Shown in pieces: positions 8,904-18,154 of a stretch of 64,000 nucleotides of DNA. The position numbers and the translations under genes are program-made. The notes beneath the pieces are model-generated. The model worked only from the letters and a program-made list of their open reading frames with translations, did not search any database and was not told the origin of the DNA. Location of the stretch: contig DATNEA010000082.1 in the NCBI GenBank assembly GCA_035606845.1, positions 65,142 to 129,141 of the forward strand, given 5' to 3'. The stretch is from Candidatus Angelobacter sp. (GTDB taxonomy: Bacteria; Verrucomicrobiota; Verrucomicrobiia; Limisphaerales; DASXHY01). Position 1 is the first letter of the stretch; each line of letters starts with the position of its first letter.

Positions 8904-9624
8904 GGCTGGCCTTTTCGTGGGCTGCGCCTTCGGGCAACAGCAATTCTTTCACTGAATCAAGCTGCTCGTAGAACCGACGCTGCCACATGACCAGGCGTTG
9001 GCGGTCTATGATGTGAAAATCCTCGTGGTTCCGGGCCGTGGTCGGTGTCAGTTTGCTTCGTTGCAATCCCTCCACCAGCCATTTGTACATTTTGGTGACA
9101 ACGATTTCCTTTGCGCCCACTTCGTTCATTAGTTTCTGGCGCAGCTTGGACTTGTCGAACAATTCAAATCCCTCGCCATGCACTTCGTTGCGGATGACGA
9201 GGAAATCCGTTTTGCCTTTGATGCCGCTTACCAGTTTCTGAATCTGGTGAATGCTGTCGAGTTCATGGTTCACCGGGCTGGCGATAGTCAAACCCGCGTC
9301 GAGTGAACCAAGGAGCGAAACCAGGTTTGTGTCCTCGAAGTAATTGAGGAAAATTCGGGTGGACGCCGCGCGGCAGTCCACGACCACCACGGAATGGTCC
9401 TGGAGGGCTTCCACCATTTGGTCAATCTCAGAGAGATGATCCGGGTCGATGAATCCGACTTCAGGATGAAACCGTTTGAGAGTCGAGTTTTCGTTGTCGC
9501 TGTCGAAGGCGGCATGGGCGATGCCGCGGTCTTTGAGATACTGCACGAAATGGACAGCGAAGAAGCTTTTGCCCACGCCGCCTTTGCCATTCAAGATAAG
9601 GATGAGTCGTTTTTTCATAATCAT
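8887..9624 (-). CDS. ParA/MinD-family P-loop ATPase (partition or transfer-associated)
   Basis: From ATG 9622-9624 the protein reads MIMKKRLILILNGKGGVGKSFFAVHFVQYL, the deviant Walker A KGGxGKS. It also has VVVVDCRA (Walker B-like). The longer track ORF (to 10071) reads as junk upstream of this start. Confidence 0.9.
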   Translation of the reverse strand: MIMKKRLILILNGKGGVGKSFFAVHFVQYLKDRGIAHAAFDSDNENSTLKRFHPEVGFIDPDHLSEIDQMVEALQDHSVVVVDCRAASTRIFLNYFEDTNLVSLLGSLDAGLTIASPVNHELDSIHQIQKLVSGIKGKTDFLVIRNEVHGEGFELFDKSKLRQKLMNEVGAKEIVVTKMYKWLVEGLQRSKLTPTTARNHEDFHIIDRQRLVMWQRRFYEQLDSVKELLLPEGAAHEKASRANAS

Positions 9625-9986
9625 TTTTCTGGTTCGTCTATGAATTCCACCTCGGCGATTTGCGGCCCGTCCAACTTCGGTTTCGCGGCCGGTCGTGGGG
9701 AAATGGTTTTGGTGGCCGGCTCGGACTGCGCCAGCCGTCGGCTCCGGCGCTTGGACGGCGATTCCTTGAGCACGTTCCGGCAGAATTGCCGCACGGTTGT
9801 ATCGCTGATTTCCACGCCATGCCGTTCTCGCAGGATGGCGACAATGGTGTCGTACGATGCGACGTTCTCGCGCAGCTCGCCGATCAATTCGGCATGTGGA
9901 CGGAGCTTCACATAAGGCCCAGTACGCTTGGGGCCATATTGCGCGATCAACTGCGCCACCGTTTCGTTTTGTTTTGGAAAGTTCAT
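9621..9986 (-). CDS. small putative DNA-binding protein (HTH-like) translationally coupled to ParA
   Basis: From ATG 9984-9986 the protein reads MNFPKQNETVAQLIAQYGPKRTGP...ASYDTIVAILRERHGVEISDTTVRQFCRNV (helix-turn-helix-like), followed by a basic, Pro-rich tail. Its stop overlaps the ParA start (ATGA, 9621-9624). Confidence 0.55.
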   Translation of the reverse strand: MNFPKQNETVAQLIAQYGPKRTGPYVKLRPHAELIGELRENVASYDTIVAILRERHGVEISDTTVRQFCRNVLKESPSKRRSRRLAQSEPATKTISPRPAAKPKLDGPQIAEVEFIDEPEK

Positions 9987-10154
9987 TGGAAACTCTTTTC
10001 CAAACTCTCTTGGAAAACGGTTTCCGAAAGTGCCTTGCGTATAGCAAGGAGACCGGCGTCCCGTCTTCCATTGCATTACAAATAGCATTATCGCTTCATT
10101 ATTTTGCGCACGCTTGTGCGCAAGTTTTGGAGGCTGGCGGACTATGGTTTGGCC
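9987..10154. promoter_or_regulatory. divergent promoter region between the ParA operon and the relaxase; candidate oriT or operator
   Basis: 168-bp gap with several inverted repeats: ttggaaa-ctc-ttttccaa (about 9986-10003), an imperfect palindrome ttggaaaacggtttccgaa, and a perfect 8-bp inverted repeat ttgcgcac-gctt-gtgcgcaa (10104-10123) just upstream of the relaxase start. Confidence 0.3.
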
Positions 10155-13040
10155 ATGCTCACCATGAAGGCGCAATACAGTTTGGGGAATGCGGAGAAGT
10201 ATTTTAAGGAGCATTTGCAGGTCGGCGATTATTACATGGAAGGCCAGCAGGTGATGGGGCAATGGATGGGACAGGGGGCGGAGTCCTTGGGATTAACCGG
10301 CGCAACACATACGGATGAGTTCGTGAGATTGTGTCGCAACCTACATCCTGAAACAGGTGAACAACTGACTCCACGGCTGAATGGAAAGCGGATAACAGTA
10401 GATGGCCATGTGCAAGCTAATCGCCGTGTGTTCTATGATTTCACCTTGTCGCCGCCCAAATCCGTTTCCATTGCCGCACTGATTGGCAATGATCAACGCA
10501 TCATTGATGCGCACGATAAGGCAGTTCAAAGCGCGTTCCGGCAACTGGAACAATACGCGGCGGCAAGGATTCGGAAGGGTGGGCAGACTTCCTACCGAAT
10601 GACCGGCAATGTGGTCGCGGCCGTGTTCCGGCATGACACGTCCAGAGCACTCGACCCGCACTTGCACAGCCATTGCATTCTGTTCAATGCCACCAGGGAT
10701 TCAGTGGAGAACCGTTGGAAGGCATTGGAGCCTTACGAAATGCTGGTCGCCAAGAAGTTCACGGAGCAGGTTTACTATCACGAACTGGTTCAGGCGCTCA
10801 CTCGCTTTGGTTACGGCATTGAGAACAAGCCCCGTGGGGATTTCGAGATTGCGGGCATCTCCCAGGAATTGATTGAGCGGTTCTCCAAACGTCACCGGGA
10901 GATTGATGAAAAAACCCGCGAACTGCTCGCCAGAGAACCGGATAAGGTCACGCAAAATTTGCAGGAAATTCGCGCCAACATCGCCCACAAGGAACGGGCG
11001 CGAAAAATTAAGAACGTCGGCATTCAGCGGTTGCAATCGCTTTGGAACGGACAATTATCGGACAAGGATCGGATGGAGCTGCGGGAACTTTCCCGTAATT
11101 TCCGAGGGCAATCGGATACGCCTCGGATGAGTGCCAGAGAAGCGGTGGTATGGGCGGAAGCACATCTGTTTGACCGGCGTTCAGTCGTCCCTGAGCATGA
11201 GCTTTGGCGTCATGCGCTGGACCGCGCTCGCGGCCAAAATATTTCGTTGGCGGATATTCAGGCTATCACCCGGCAGCGTGGCTATGTGCGCAATGAACGA
11301 TTTCCGGGTAAAGTTACTCGACAGGAGGTCATCACCCGCGAATGGAATATCGTTTGTCTCGCGCAGGAAGGCCGGGGGACCTATGCGCCAATTTCCTCCC
11401 ATGCTTTGGCAAAGTCGCCTTCGCTCGATGCGGAGCAACTGCGGGCGGTCGAACATATTCTGTCCTCGCGTGATTTCGTGACATTGTTCCGGGGTGGGGC
11501 TGGCACAGGCAAAAGCTACACGCTTAAAGAAGTGCAGGCCGCGCTCAAACGGGATAATCGGGCAATTCAGGCGCTCGCCCCGCAACGTCAGCAGGTGAAT
11601 GATTTGGAACGGGCCGGTTTCACTAACGCACAAACGGTCAGTGGGTTTCTGGCACGCGGTTCCCTGCCGCGCGGAGCGGTCGTCCTGGTGGATGAAGCGG
11701 GGCAGATTGGCGGCGAACAAATGCTGCGCCTGTTGCAACTGGTCAAGGAAAACGACGGTCGCATCATCCTTTCTGGCGACACGCGCCAACATGGAGCGGT
11801 CGAGGCCACGGACGCATTACGCGCGATTGAGAAGTATTCAGGATTGCGCTACGCAGAACTGACGAATATCCGCCGCCAAGACCCTGAATCCGCGAAGACT
11901 GAGGCGGAACGGCAATGGCTGGAGCAATACAAGCTGGCGGTGGATGAGGCGCGGCAGGGCAGACTGGCCGCGTCCTTTGAACGACTGGACAAGCAAAAGG
12001 CCATTGTCTCCTGCACTCTGGCGGACCAGCATCAGAAACTTACGGAAGATTATCTTCACCTTGCCGAAACCAATCATTCCACGGTGGTGGTGTCGCAAAG
12101 CTGGGCGGAGATCCACAAGGTCAATGAGCAGGTGCGGAATGGTTTGAAAGCCAAAGGACTGATTGGAGAAAAGGAAACGGCAGTCACGGCTTTGGACCGG
12201 TTGGATTTAACGGACGCCCAAAAGCGCGACAAACGGCATTACGATTCCAATTCGGTGGTCGTGTTCAATCGCGATGCGGCCGGGTTCAAGGCTGGTGACA
12301 CCGGACGGTTGCTCGCCATGACCAACCGACAGTTGCTCATTCAGGGAAACAACCGGACTCGTCCGGTGCCATTTCAACAGTTGGACAAACTCACCGTTTG
12401 CCAGCCCAAGGAATTGACTCTCTCGACCGGGGACCGGTTGCAACTCAAGGCCAATGGCCAAACGCGAGCGGGCCAAAAACTCGCCAATGGTGAATTGGTC
12501 ACGGTCAGGGAAGTGCGTCCGAATGGAACCATCGCGTTGGAAGATGGGCGGGTGCTGGAAAAAGATTATCGCCAGTTCGTGCGCGGCTACGCGGTCACGT
12601 CCTATGCCGCCCAGGGCAAGACGGTGGATTACGTTCTGTTCTCCGATTCCGCCGTCAAAGCGGCCACCAATGAGCAGCAATGGTACGTGACGATTTCACG
12701 CGGGCGCAAGGGGGTCAAAGTTTACACCGCCGATAAGTATCAGCTTCGGGAGAACATTACGCGCTCTGGAGATCGGACGCTGGCCTTGGACATTGCGCCG
12801 CGCAGGGAAACTTTCGCTCAACGCCTGGCTACACTCTGGAAGCGGGATGTGGCTTTCGTTGTCGGTGTCCTACGCTCGCAGCGAAAATCGGCGCAACGTC
12901 GCGTCGAAGCGAGCCGGCAGGAAGTGAAAACCGTCGAACAGTCGGAAACAGTTCGTCCATCGCGGCCCGTGCGTCAGACTCCTGCCATTGTCCACGAGCA
13001 TCAGCCAAAACAAAGTCATGGGAGAGGAATGGGAATATGA
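10155..13040 (+). CDS. MOBF (TrwC/TraI-type) conjugative relaxase fused to a RecD-like helicase
   Basis: The start MLTMKAQYSLGNAEKYFKEHLQVGDYYMEG aligns to the TrwC N-terminus with its Tyr pair. It carries the 3-His relaxase motif FRHDTSRALDPHLHSHCILFNAT. The helicase part has Walker A FRGGAGTGKS, Walker B VLVDEAGQ and C-terminal YVTISRGRKGVKVYT. Start set at ATG 10155 (the track ORF begins at TTG 10104). Confidence 0.9.
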   Translation: MLTMKAQYSLGNAEKYFKEHLQVGDYYMEGQQVMGQWMGQGAESLGLTGATHTDEFVRLCRNLHPETGEQLTPRLNGKRITVDGHVQANRRVFYDFTLSPPKSVSIAALIGNDQRIIDAHDKAVQSAFRQLEQYAAARIRKGGQTSYRMTGNVVAAVFRHDTSRALDPHLHSHCILFNATRDSVENRWKALEPYEMLVAKKFTEQVYYHELVQALTRFGYGIENKPRGDFEIAGISQELIERFSKRHREIDEKTRELLAREPDKVTQNLQEIRANIAHKERARKIKNVGIQRLQSLWNGQLSDKDRMELRELSRNFRGQSDTPRMSAREAVVWAEAHLFDRRSVVPEHELWRHALDRARGQNISLADIQAITRQRGYVRNERFPGKVTRQEVITREWNIVCLAQEGRGTYAPISSHALAKSPSLDAEQLRAVEHILSSRDFVTLFRGGAGTGKSYTLKEVQAALKRDNRAIQALAPQRQQVNDLERAGFTNAQTVSGFLARGSLPRGAVVLVDEAGQIGGEQMLRLLQLVKENDGRIILSGDTRQHGAVEATDALRAIEKYSGLRYAELTNIRRQDPESAKTEAERQWLEQYKLAVDEARQGRLAASFERLDKQKAIVSCTLADQHQKLTEDYLHLAETNHSTVVVSQSWAEIHKVNEQVRNGLKAKGLIGEKETAVTALDRLDLTDAQKRDKRHYDSNSVVVFNRDAAGFKAGDTGRLLAMTNRQLLIQGNNRTRPVPFQQLDKLTVCQPKELTLSTGDRLQLKANGQTRAGQKLANGELVTVREVRPNGTIALEDGRVLEKDYRQFVRGYAVTSYAAQGKTVDYVLFSDSAVKAATNEQQWYVTISRGRKGVKVYTADKYQLRENITRSGDRTLALDIAPRRETFAQRLATLWKRDVAFVVGVLRSQRKSAQRRVEASRQEVKTVEQSETVRPSRPVRQTPAIVHEHQPKQSHGRGMGI

Positions 13041-13360
13041 GCAACGATTCACCTTGTTACAAAGTCCGGCACGATCATTTCAATCCAGTCGAAGTTCTGC
13101 GGCTCGAACTGAGTCCATCTTGTTTTCACCTCCTGTCATATTACCACATGGATGCGGCCAAGTTCGAGTCTGCTAAAGACCGCGACTCGATCACGATTTC
13201 ATTTCTGAATAGGGAAGTGAAGATTGCCGGACGCAACTTGCGTCAGTTGGCTCTTTCTCTCCAAGACCGCGACGTTGAATTTATCAGGCTCGCGCCGACT
13301 CGATATAGCGGCGTCGCTGGCAGCGAGGCCGGGTTTGTGGAAGCAATCGAAATCAAATGA
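13037..13360 (+). CDS. hypothetical protein (107 aa) coupled to the relaxase
   Basis: The ATG overlaps the relaxase stop (ATGA, 13037-13040). The composition is protein-like. No domain recognised. Confidence 0.5.
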   Translation: MSNDSPCYKVRHDHFNPVEVLRLELSPSCFHLLSYYHMDAAKFESAKDRDSITISFLNREVKIAGRNLRQLALSLQDRDVEFIRLAPTRYSGVAGSEAGFVEAIEIK

Positions 13361-13443
13361 GAATTTGCATCGTAAATTGTGTTTTGAAAACTGGACGCAC
13401 CGCGGAGCCATAAAACTTCGCGGCTGCGATTGGCGGCGCAAAC

Positions 13444-14598
13444 TTATTTCCAACTTACGAGCCGGTTAGATTCATCAAATTTGATTGTCGCCTCGCTCGA
13501 ATCTCGTGGAACAACCAAACGATATTCGCGAAGTGATGCAGAAGATACCGCGTAATCTCGAATGTTATTAACGAAATTCCTCGAAATTCGATCTACTTCA
13601 CCAAATGTCATGCCAACGCGCAAGTTGGATAAAAAGTCTGTGGCCGCTGGCTTGTAGGCATGTCCGTGAATCCGTTTGTAAAGGCTCGATGGCACGCTGA
13701 CCCGATAAACCTCGCCGCCGATGCTGACCTCAATTTGTCCCCAACACCGGATGTCGCTTGAATCCGCACCAACATTGAACGTATCCGTCCGCCGCATACC
13801 ACTGTCGTCGAGATGAAGGCTGACACATCGGCCGGCGCAAACCGTTCCGTCAGAATCCCGAAGATGCACCTCCGTATGAGGTGAATAAAGGTCTTGCGAC
13901 TTTTCAAAACGATAAAGTTCCACCTCGCTTTTTGCATAGAACGGATTCGATTGGCTCAACGACACTTCGCGACCATCACTTGTCTTGCCTAGGTCATAAT
14001 TCACCGCATCCCAGCGCACGACATGATCGTGTTCGGTTAGCGCATTCATTGCCGGGATGAATTTGGGCACCCCGCCTGGCATTGACGACGGCAGCGGATC
14101 TTCTGGGTTCTGGTCAAAGCCGTAAGAAATCTCCAGCCAATACCGTTCCGGCCAAATCGTGACTTCTATCCAACTTTCCTCAAGCTCGTTTGTGCCCCAG
14201 GGGAACCACGTCATTACTTCCGGAAGCAATTCCTCGCCGGGCGCTGACGAACCGACAGCGAACGGCAGTTTGAGAAATCTCTTTCCGTCAGTGGTTGGCT
14301 CGACGACGTCTCCGCTTGCGCGATAGAGACGAGCCGCAATCCCGTTGGTCTTGATAAACTTCGCTCCCTGTGCGATCTGCTCTATGTCCAATCCCAGTCC
14401 GCGCGAGGTCTGGCCCCATTCTTCCCCAGACCGCAGAAGAAAAACCGGGCCAACGTTCCATTCCCCTGGCTTTGGGAACGGATAACCGATAGACTTCCAA
14501 ATTATCACCCGTTGCGTCTGGCTGTTGGTCTGCGCATGGACGACAAACAATCCACCACCTAAAATAGCCGCGAGCCAGAAAGCTTTTTGGAAGTTCAT
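13444..14598 (-). CDS. secreted hypothetical protein (384 aa)
   Basis: Signal peptide MNFQKAFWLAAILGGGLFVVHAQT. Last gene of a three-gene operon with 4- and 10-nt overlaps. Confidence 0.75.
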   Translation of the reverse strand: MNFQKAFWLAAILGGGLFVVHAQTNSQTQRVIIWKSIGYPFPKPGEWNVGPVFLLRSGEEWGQTSRGLGLDIEQIAQGAKFIKTNGIAARLYRASGDVVEPTTDGKRFLKLPFAVGSSAPGEELLPEVMTWFPWGTNELEESWIEVTIWPERYWLEISYGFDQNPEDPLPSSMPGGVPKFIPAMNALTEHDHVVRWDAVNYDLGKTSDGREVSLSQSNPFYAKSEVELYRFEKSQDLYSPHTEVHLRDSDGTVCAGRCVSLHLDDSGMRRTDTFNVGADSSDIRCWGQIEVSIGGEVYRVSVPSSLYKRIHGHAYKPAATDFLSNLRVGMTFGEVDRISRNFVNNIRDYAVSSASLREYRLVVPRDSSEATIKFDESNRLVSWK

Positions 14599-15176
14599 TG
14601 TTCTTCAATCAACACCGTATTGGAGTGAAGGTTTCCCTTCCAGAAATTCATCAATTCAATTCCCTGTGTGTCATTGTTGATTTCCCTGACACCCTCGCCG
14701 TGAAATTTCGCTCGGATTTTATATTTGCCGCCTTTTAACTTCACATCGAATTCACCTGTGGCTGGAGAAATGAATTGATCCAATCGCAAAACGAGAGAAT
14801 AAGTTGACCTAGCCCGTAGGGGCACTACATAAGCGTCCACACGACCGGCGATGCCGCTGAAGCGTTTATCAGAAAAATGCAGTTCTCTGGAATTCCCAGT
14901 TTCGTCTGTGACGTGGAGAGAAATTTTATCTGGAAGCTGAAATTTTCCATTTGCCAAAATCATCCCCAGGTTTAGCACGACATCTTTCTCACCGATATTT
15001 CGAATCGTAACGTTGAATTCTATATCCGACTTGCGTTTTGTCTTCACGAACAACGACATTTGCAAGCCGTCGTTTGGAAGTCCCCAATTCTGCGGGTTTG
15101 TTGTATGACAGCCAACAATACAAATGAGCGCAAGTGAGAGCGCAACGCTTAATGGTCCTTTGCGGGTCATTTCCAT
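14595..15176 (-). CDS. lipoprotein (193 aa), function unknown
   Basis: Lipobox LALICIVGC near the N-terminus. Overlaps both neighbouring genes. Confidence 0.75.
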   Translation of the reverse strand: MEMTRKGPLSVALSLALICIVGCHTTNPQNWGLPNDGLQMSLFVKTKRKSDIEFNVTIRNIGEKDVVLNLGMILANGKFQLPDKISLHVTDETGNSRELHFSDKRFSGIAGRVDAYVVPLRARSTYSLVLRLDQFISPATGEFDVKLKGGKYKIRAKFHGEGVREINNDTQGIELMNFWKGNLHSNTVLIEEQ

Positions 15177-17098
15177 CCGTTCTTTTTTTCAGTTATATCA
15201 CCAAAGTTGATTTCCGTGAATTCCGCAGCCGTGACGAAGAAAAGCTTGCTGCCCAACCGAATGAAATGGTCGAAATAGTATCCGATCATCCGATGTGGAA
15301 GCTGCGCTCGCCATTGCGCAGCGATTTTACCGTCCTCGACGCTGACCGCATAAAACACGCGTGTCCAAGCCTGCTGTTGGTCCTTTGTCTGTGGCGGAGA
15401 ATCCAATCGCGCGGGTTGCTCGACAGCGAGGATCACAAAATCCGGCGTCAGGCCAATGGCCATCGGCCGCGCGTCTTCCGGGACGGCGATATCCCACAGC
15501 CGATTGCCGGTATCCCAATCAATCAGCGCGCAGCGGTTGGATTCGTTTCCATAGCTCGTCAGGAACAGTGATTTTCGGGTGCCGGGAACCCACCCGATGC
15601 ATTCGGGATTGAAATTGATCTCTCGCGAATGCAGTTTTCCCTGCCGAGTGAACCACATGAAGGTGTTTGAATTTGTCCCGTTGGGGCGCAGCAGAACGCC
15701 GGCTCCATTTGGCGATACGATTGGGTCCATCAAATCCCTTCCGCAGTCGGTTTGGAATTGGACTGCTCCGTTTGAGTTCAGCGCCACGATTTGTGCCATG
15801 GTTTTGGATTCATCCTTCCAGACCAGCAAACAGGCGCTGCCATCTTCGTTTAATTCAACGGAGGGCGAAGGATAACAAGGCAGAAAAGGGCCGAGCGTGT
15901 TGACGCGGTGCCCATGAATGTAGACGTCCAATCCCACCTTTCCGTGTTCGGGGACGAATTGGTCGATGAAAACCCGGCTATCAGCAGTCCCGCGGGTCGT
16001 GCGTTCATCCGCGCCAATTGGACCGGGTGGCAATGGCCGCGGTGTCACCTGCCAGTCCTCATTAAGGCCTCGAATCACAAATCGATTGCTGACGGACAAT
16101 CCCACGAAACCCGAATCCTGGTCTGCATCGCCGTCTTCCAGTTGCAGTTGCTGCACCACATTTCCAATCGTGTCGTACCACGTAATCGTGCTCTTACCTA
16201 GAGCCTCACATTGCTGCACATAAGGGTCAATCCAGAAGGCATACGGGGCGCCGATATCATGGCCTGGCAAATCCAACGGCAGCTTTGCCTGCGGCGGGCT
16301 GATGGGATAAACTTCTCGCGCCCTGGCCTTGACGGTTCCATCCGCCGCAACGGCGTATTCCCACGAACCGATTGCCTCCAACATAAACCTGACTGTATAA
16401 CCGGAACCATTCCTTGTTACACGGACGGAGCGATACCCTGTGTGAGGTTCTTCGCCCGGGCTGTTCACTACAGGCCACCCGACGAATTCATTCTCGGCTC
16501 GAATGTGGTCTGGTAATTCGCGCCAAGCGAGGCTTTCGGCCCATGCCGCGCTGCCAATCGGCGTATCGCAAAAGCGAAGACTTTCCAGCATGGAAAGAAA
16601 TTTCTGGCGATTTTCGGCGGAGTGCGGCTCCCGCAAAGCGGCGGAAATTTGCCAATCTTGGCCCCGCTTGAAATAATTAAGCTCCACGAATAAAACACCA
16701 TCGCGGGAAAAGGTCCTGATTTCATTCGTGCCCAGGAGCGAATGAACATCCGCCGCCACGGAGTCCGGCCGCATGGATCCAAATGGGGCATTGACGAGGG
16801 CGAAACAGACATAAATTTCTCCGGGCTTGATTTCGCTCAGAAATGAGTCGTTTTCCGCCGGTAATGCGACGCCGGGGAGGGTGTTGTCGACCGTCAGCAC
16901 GCCATCGCTGTAATGCGCGTTGTAAAAATTAGTTTCGGTGACGTTCCAGCCGTCAGGCACGCGAAAGCTGAAGCCGTAAGTTGTATTGGTATAAACTCCT
17001 GCCGTGGCGATTCGGCAAGATGCGGCGAAAATTGCGAATACGTTCAGTAGCACACCCACGCGCGGGAGCCTGGGGGAGAGGAGGGTTTTGATCTTCAT
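15167..17098 (-). CDS. secreted hypothetical protein (643 aa)
   Basis: Signal peptide MKIKTLLSPRLPRVGVLLNVFAIFAASCRIATAG. Long ORF, first gene of the three-gene operon. No domain recognised by eye. Confidence 0.8.
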   Translation of the reverse strand: MKIKTLLSPRLPRVGVLLNVFAIFAASCRIATAGVYTNTTYGFSFRVPDGWNVTETNFYNAHYSDGVLTVDNTLPGVALPAENDSFLSEIKPGEIYVCFALVNAPFGSMRPDSVAADVHSLLGTNEIRTFSRDGVLFVELNYFKRGQDWQISAALREPHSAENRQKFLSMLESLRFCDTPIGSAAWAESLAWRELPDHIRAENEFVGWPVVNSPGEEPHTGYRSVRVTRNGSGYTVRFMLEAIGSWEYAVAADGTVKARAREVYPISPPQAKLPLDLPGHDIGAPYAFWIDPYVQQCEALGKSTITWYDTIGNVVQQLQLEDGDADQDSGFVGLSVSNRFVIRGLNEDWQVTPRPLPPGPIGADERTTRGTADSRVFIDQFVPEHGKVGLDVYIHGHRVNTLGPFLPCYPSPSVELNEDGSACLLVWKDESKTMAQIVALNSNGAVQFQTDCGRDLMDPIVSPNGAGVLLRPNGTNSNTFMWFTRQGKLHSREINFNPECIGWVPGTRKSLFLTSYGNESNRCALIDWDTGNRLWDIAVPEDARPMAIGLTPDFVILAVEQPARLDSPPQTKDQQQAWTRVFYAVSVEDGKIAAQWRAQLPHRMIGYYFDHFIRLGSKLFFVTAAEFTEINFGDITEKKNGWK

Positions 17099-17519
17099 TC
17101 CGATGCGGTTTTGACTGGGAATGGGTTCTGGCTGTTCATTCTCGGTTGCTGACGCGTTAAAGGCGTCAAGTCGGCGATGCGAATGCCGATTTCTTTCGAT
17201 ACAACTGGATGTTACAATAAACGTCTTCGGGTTTCAGACTCAGCCGCCATCACCCCGTTGGCTCGCACCTGACAGCGTTTGCCAATGGTTCATATTGAAC
17301 AGCCATTGGAAGCGCCGTGAACCGGTGCGGCGATCTTCCTGCCGAAAATTCAAAATACACGGGGAATTTTTGACATGGTCGAGAATCGCGTCAATGTCGA
17401 GAAGCGTGTTTTTCATATCGTTTATTTGCCTTTCTATTTCGCTTTCGGAATGGCGTCACACACAAAAATTCCGACTCCCTACCGGCCCTGGCTTCGCTCC
17501 AATTTTGGAGGCAGGGACT

Positions 17520-18071
17520 CTACCGCACGCAAGGGGCTTCATTGCGGTACAAATAAGCATGGATTTCGCAAATGATGAGCTTGATGCGTTTGACCTCGGC
17601 TTCAAGCGCGGGCAAATCACGCACAATTTTCTTGGGCATCTTTTTCGCATCAAAGAGGGACGTGTCAATGTACATCAACTTCTTCGCCGTTGAAGAATAT
17701 TGCCCTCCCTCGAACGTGAGACTGTAACGCCCGTGTGCATACCTGTTTCGAATATCCGTCGCCTCTCGCAATAATCCTACAAAGTACCGGGCGATCTTTG
17801 CTGCATCATCTGATGGATTGCGACGTTTTGCCAGGGATTCCAGCAGTTCAATGCGCGCCCGAAAATTCATGAAGCTGCCCGAAAACACAAACGCATCCTC
17901 TGCTGGTGCGCCTGTAAGTTTGCTTATCAGAAGATGTGCGTAGGACTCAATCACAGCGAAGCAACTTATCAAGATGCCAACTTGAGCGGCGAATTCGGGG
18001 AATTCGTCAAGGGCCACTCGATAATTAGCTGCTTCACGTTGAGCTTTGGTCGTGGTGGTTTGCTTTTTCAT
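17520..18071 (-). CDS. protein with a HEPN-like motif (Abi/DUF4145-like), solitary
   Basis: Contains LLREATDIRNRYAHGRY, that is R-N-x-x-x-H (the Rx4-6H HEPN signature in its common RNxxAH(G) form), in a helical context. The ATG at 18069-18071 is preferred over the track TTG at 18113, because that TTG sits inside the integrase terminator hairpin. Confidence 0.55.
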   Translation of the reverse strand: MKKQTTTTKAQREAANYRVALDEFPEFAAQVGILISCFAVIESYAHLLISKLTGAPAEDAFVFSGSFMNFRARIELLESLAKRRNPSDDAAKIARYFVGLLREATDIRNRYAHGRYSLTFEGGQYSSTAKKLMYIDTSLFDAKKMPKKIVRDLPALEAEVKRIKLIICEIHAYLYRNEAPCVR

Positions 18072-18104
18072 TTCGCGCCTAATCTTGGCTTGCCTCTCAT
18101 TTAA

Positions 18105-18140
18105 AACCCGCAATCGCCGCAGGGCGCGCGATTGCGGGTT
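18105..18140 (-). terminator. hairpin downstream of the integrase gene (13-bp perfect stem)
   Basis: aacccgcaatcgc (18105-18117) pairs with gcgattgcgggtt (18128-18140) around a 10-nt loop, 15 nt beyond the integrase stop at 18155. Confidence 0.4.
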
Positions 18141-18154
18141 AAGGCTCGTTATGG

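Noticed and set aside
8887-10262. The long track versions of the ParA ORF (394 aa) and of the upstream small ORF (213 aa).
   Set aside because: The N-terminal extensions read as junk and overlap the neighbouring genes. Internal ATGs at 9624 and 9986 give canonical N-termini and an ATGA-type coupling.
17121-17693. A 190-aa plus-strand ORF, and an unlisted 58-codon minus-strand ORF (17240-17416), in the gap between the 643-aa gene and the HEPN gene.
   Set aside because: The plus ORF overlaps the HEPN gene antisense and reads as junk. The 58-codon ORF has a plausible start but no other support, so it is not reported as a feature.
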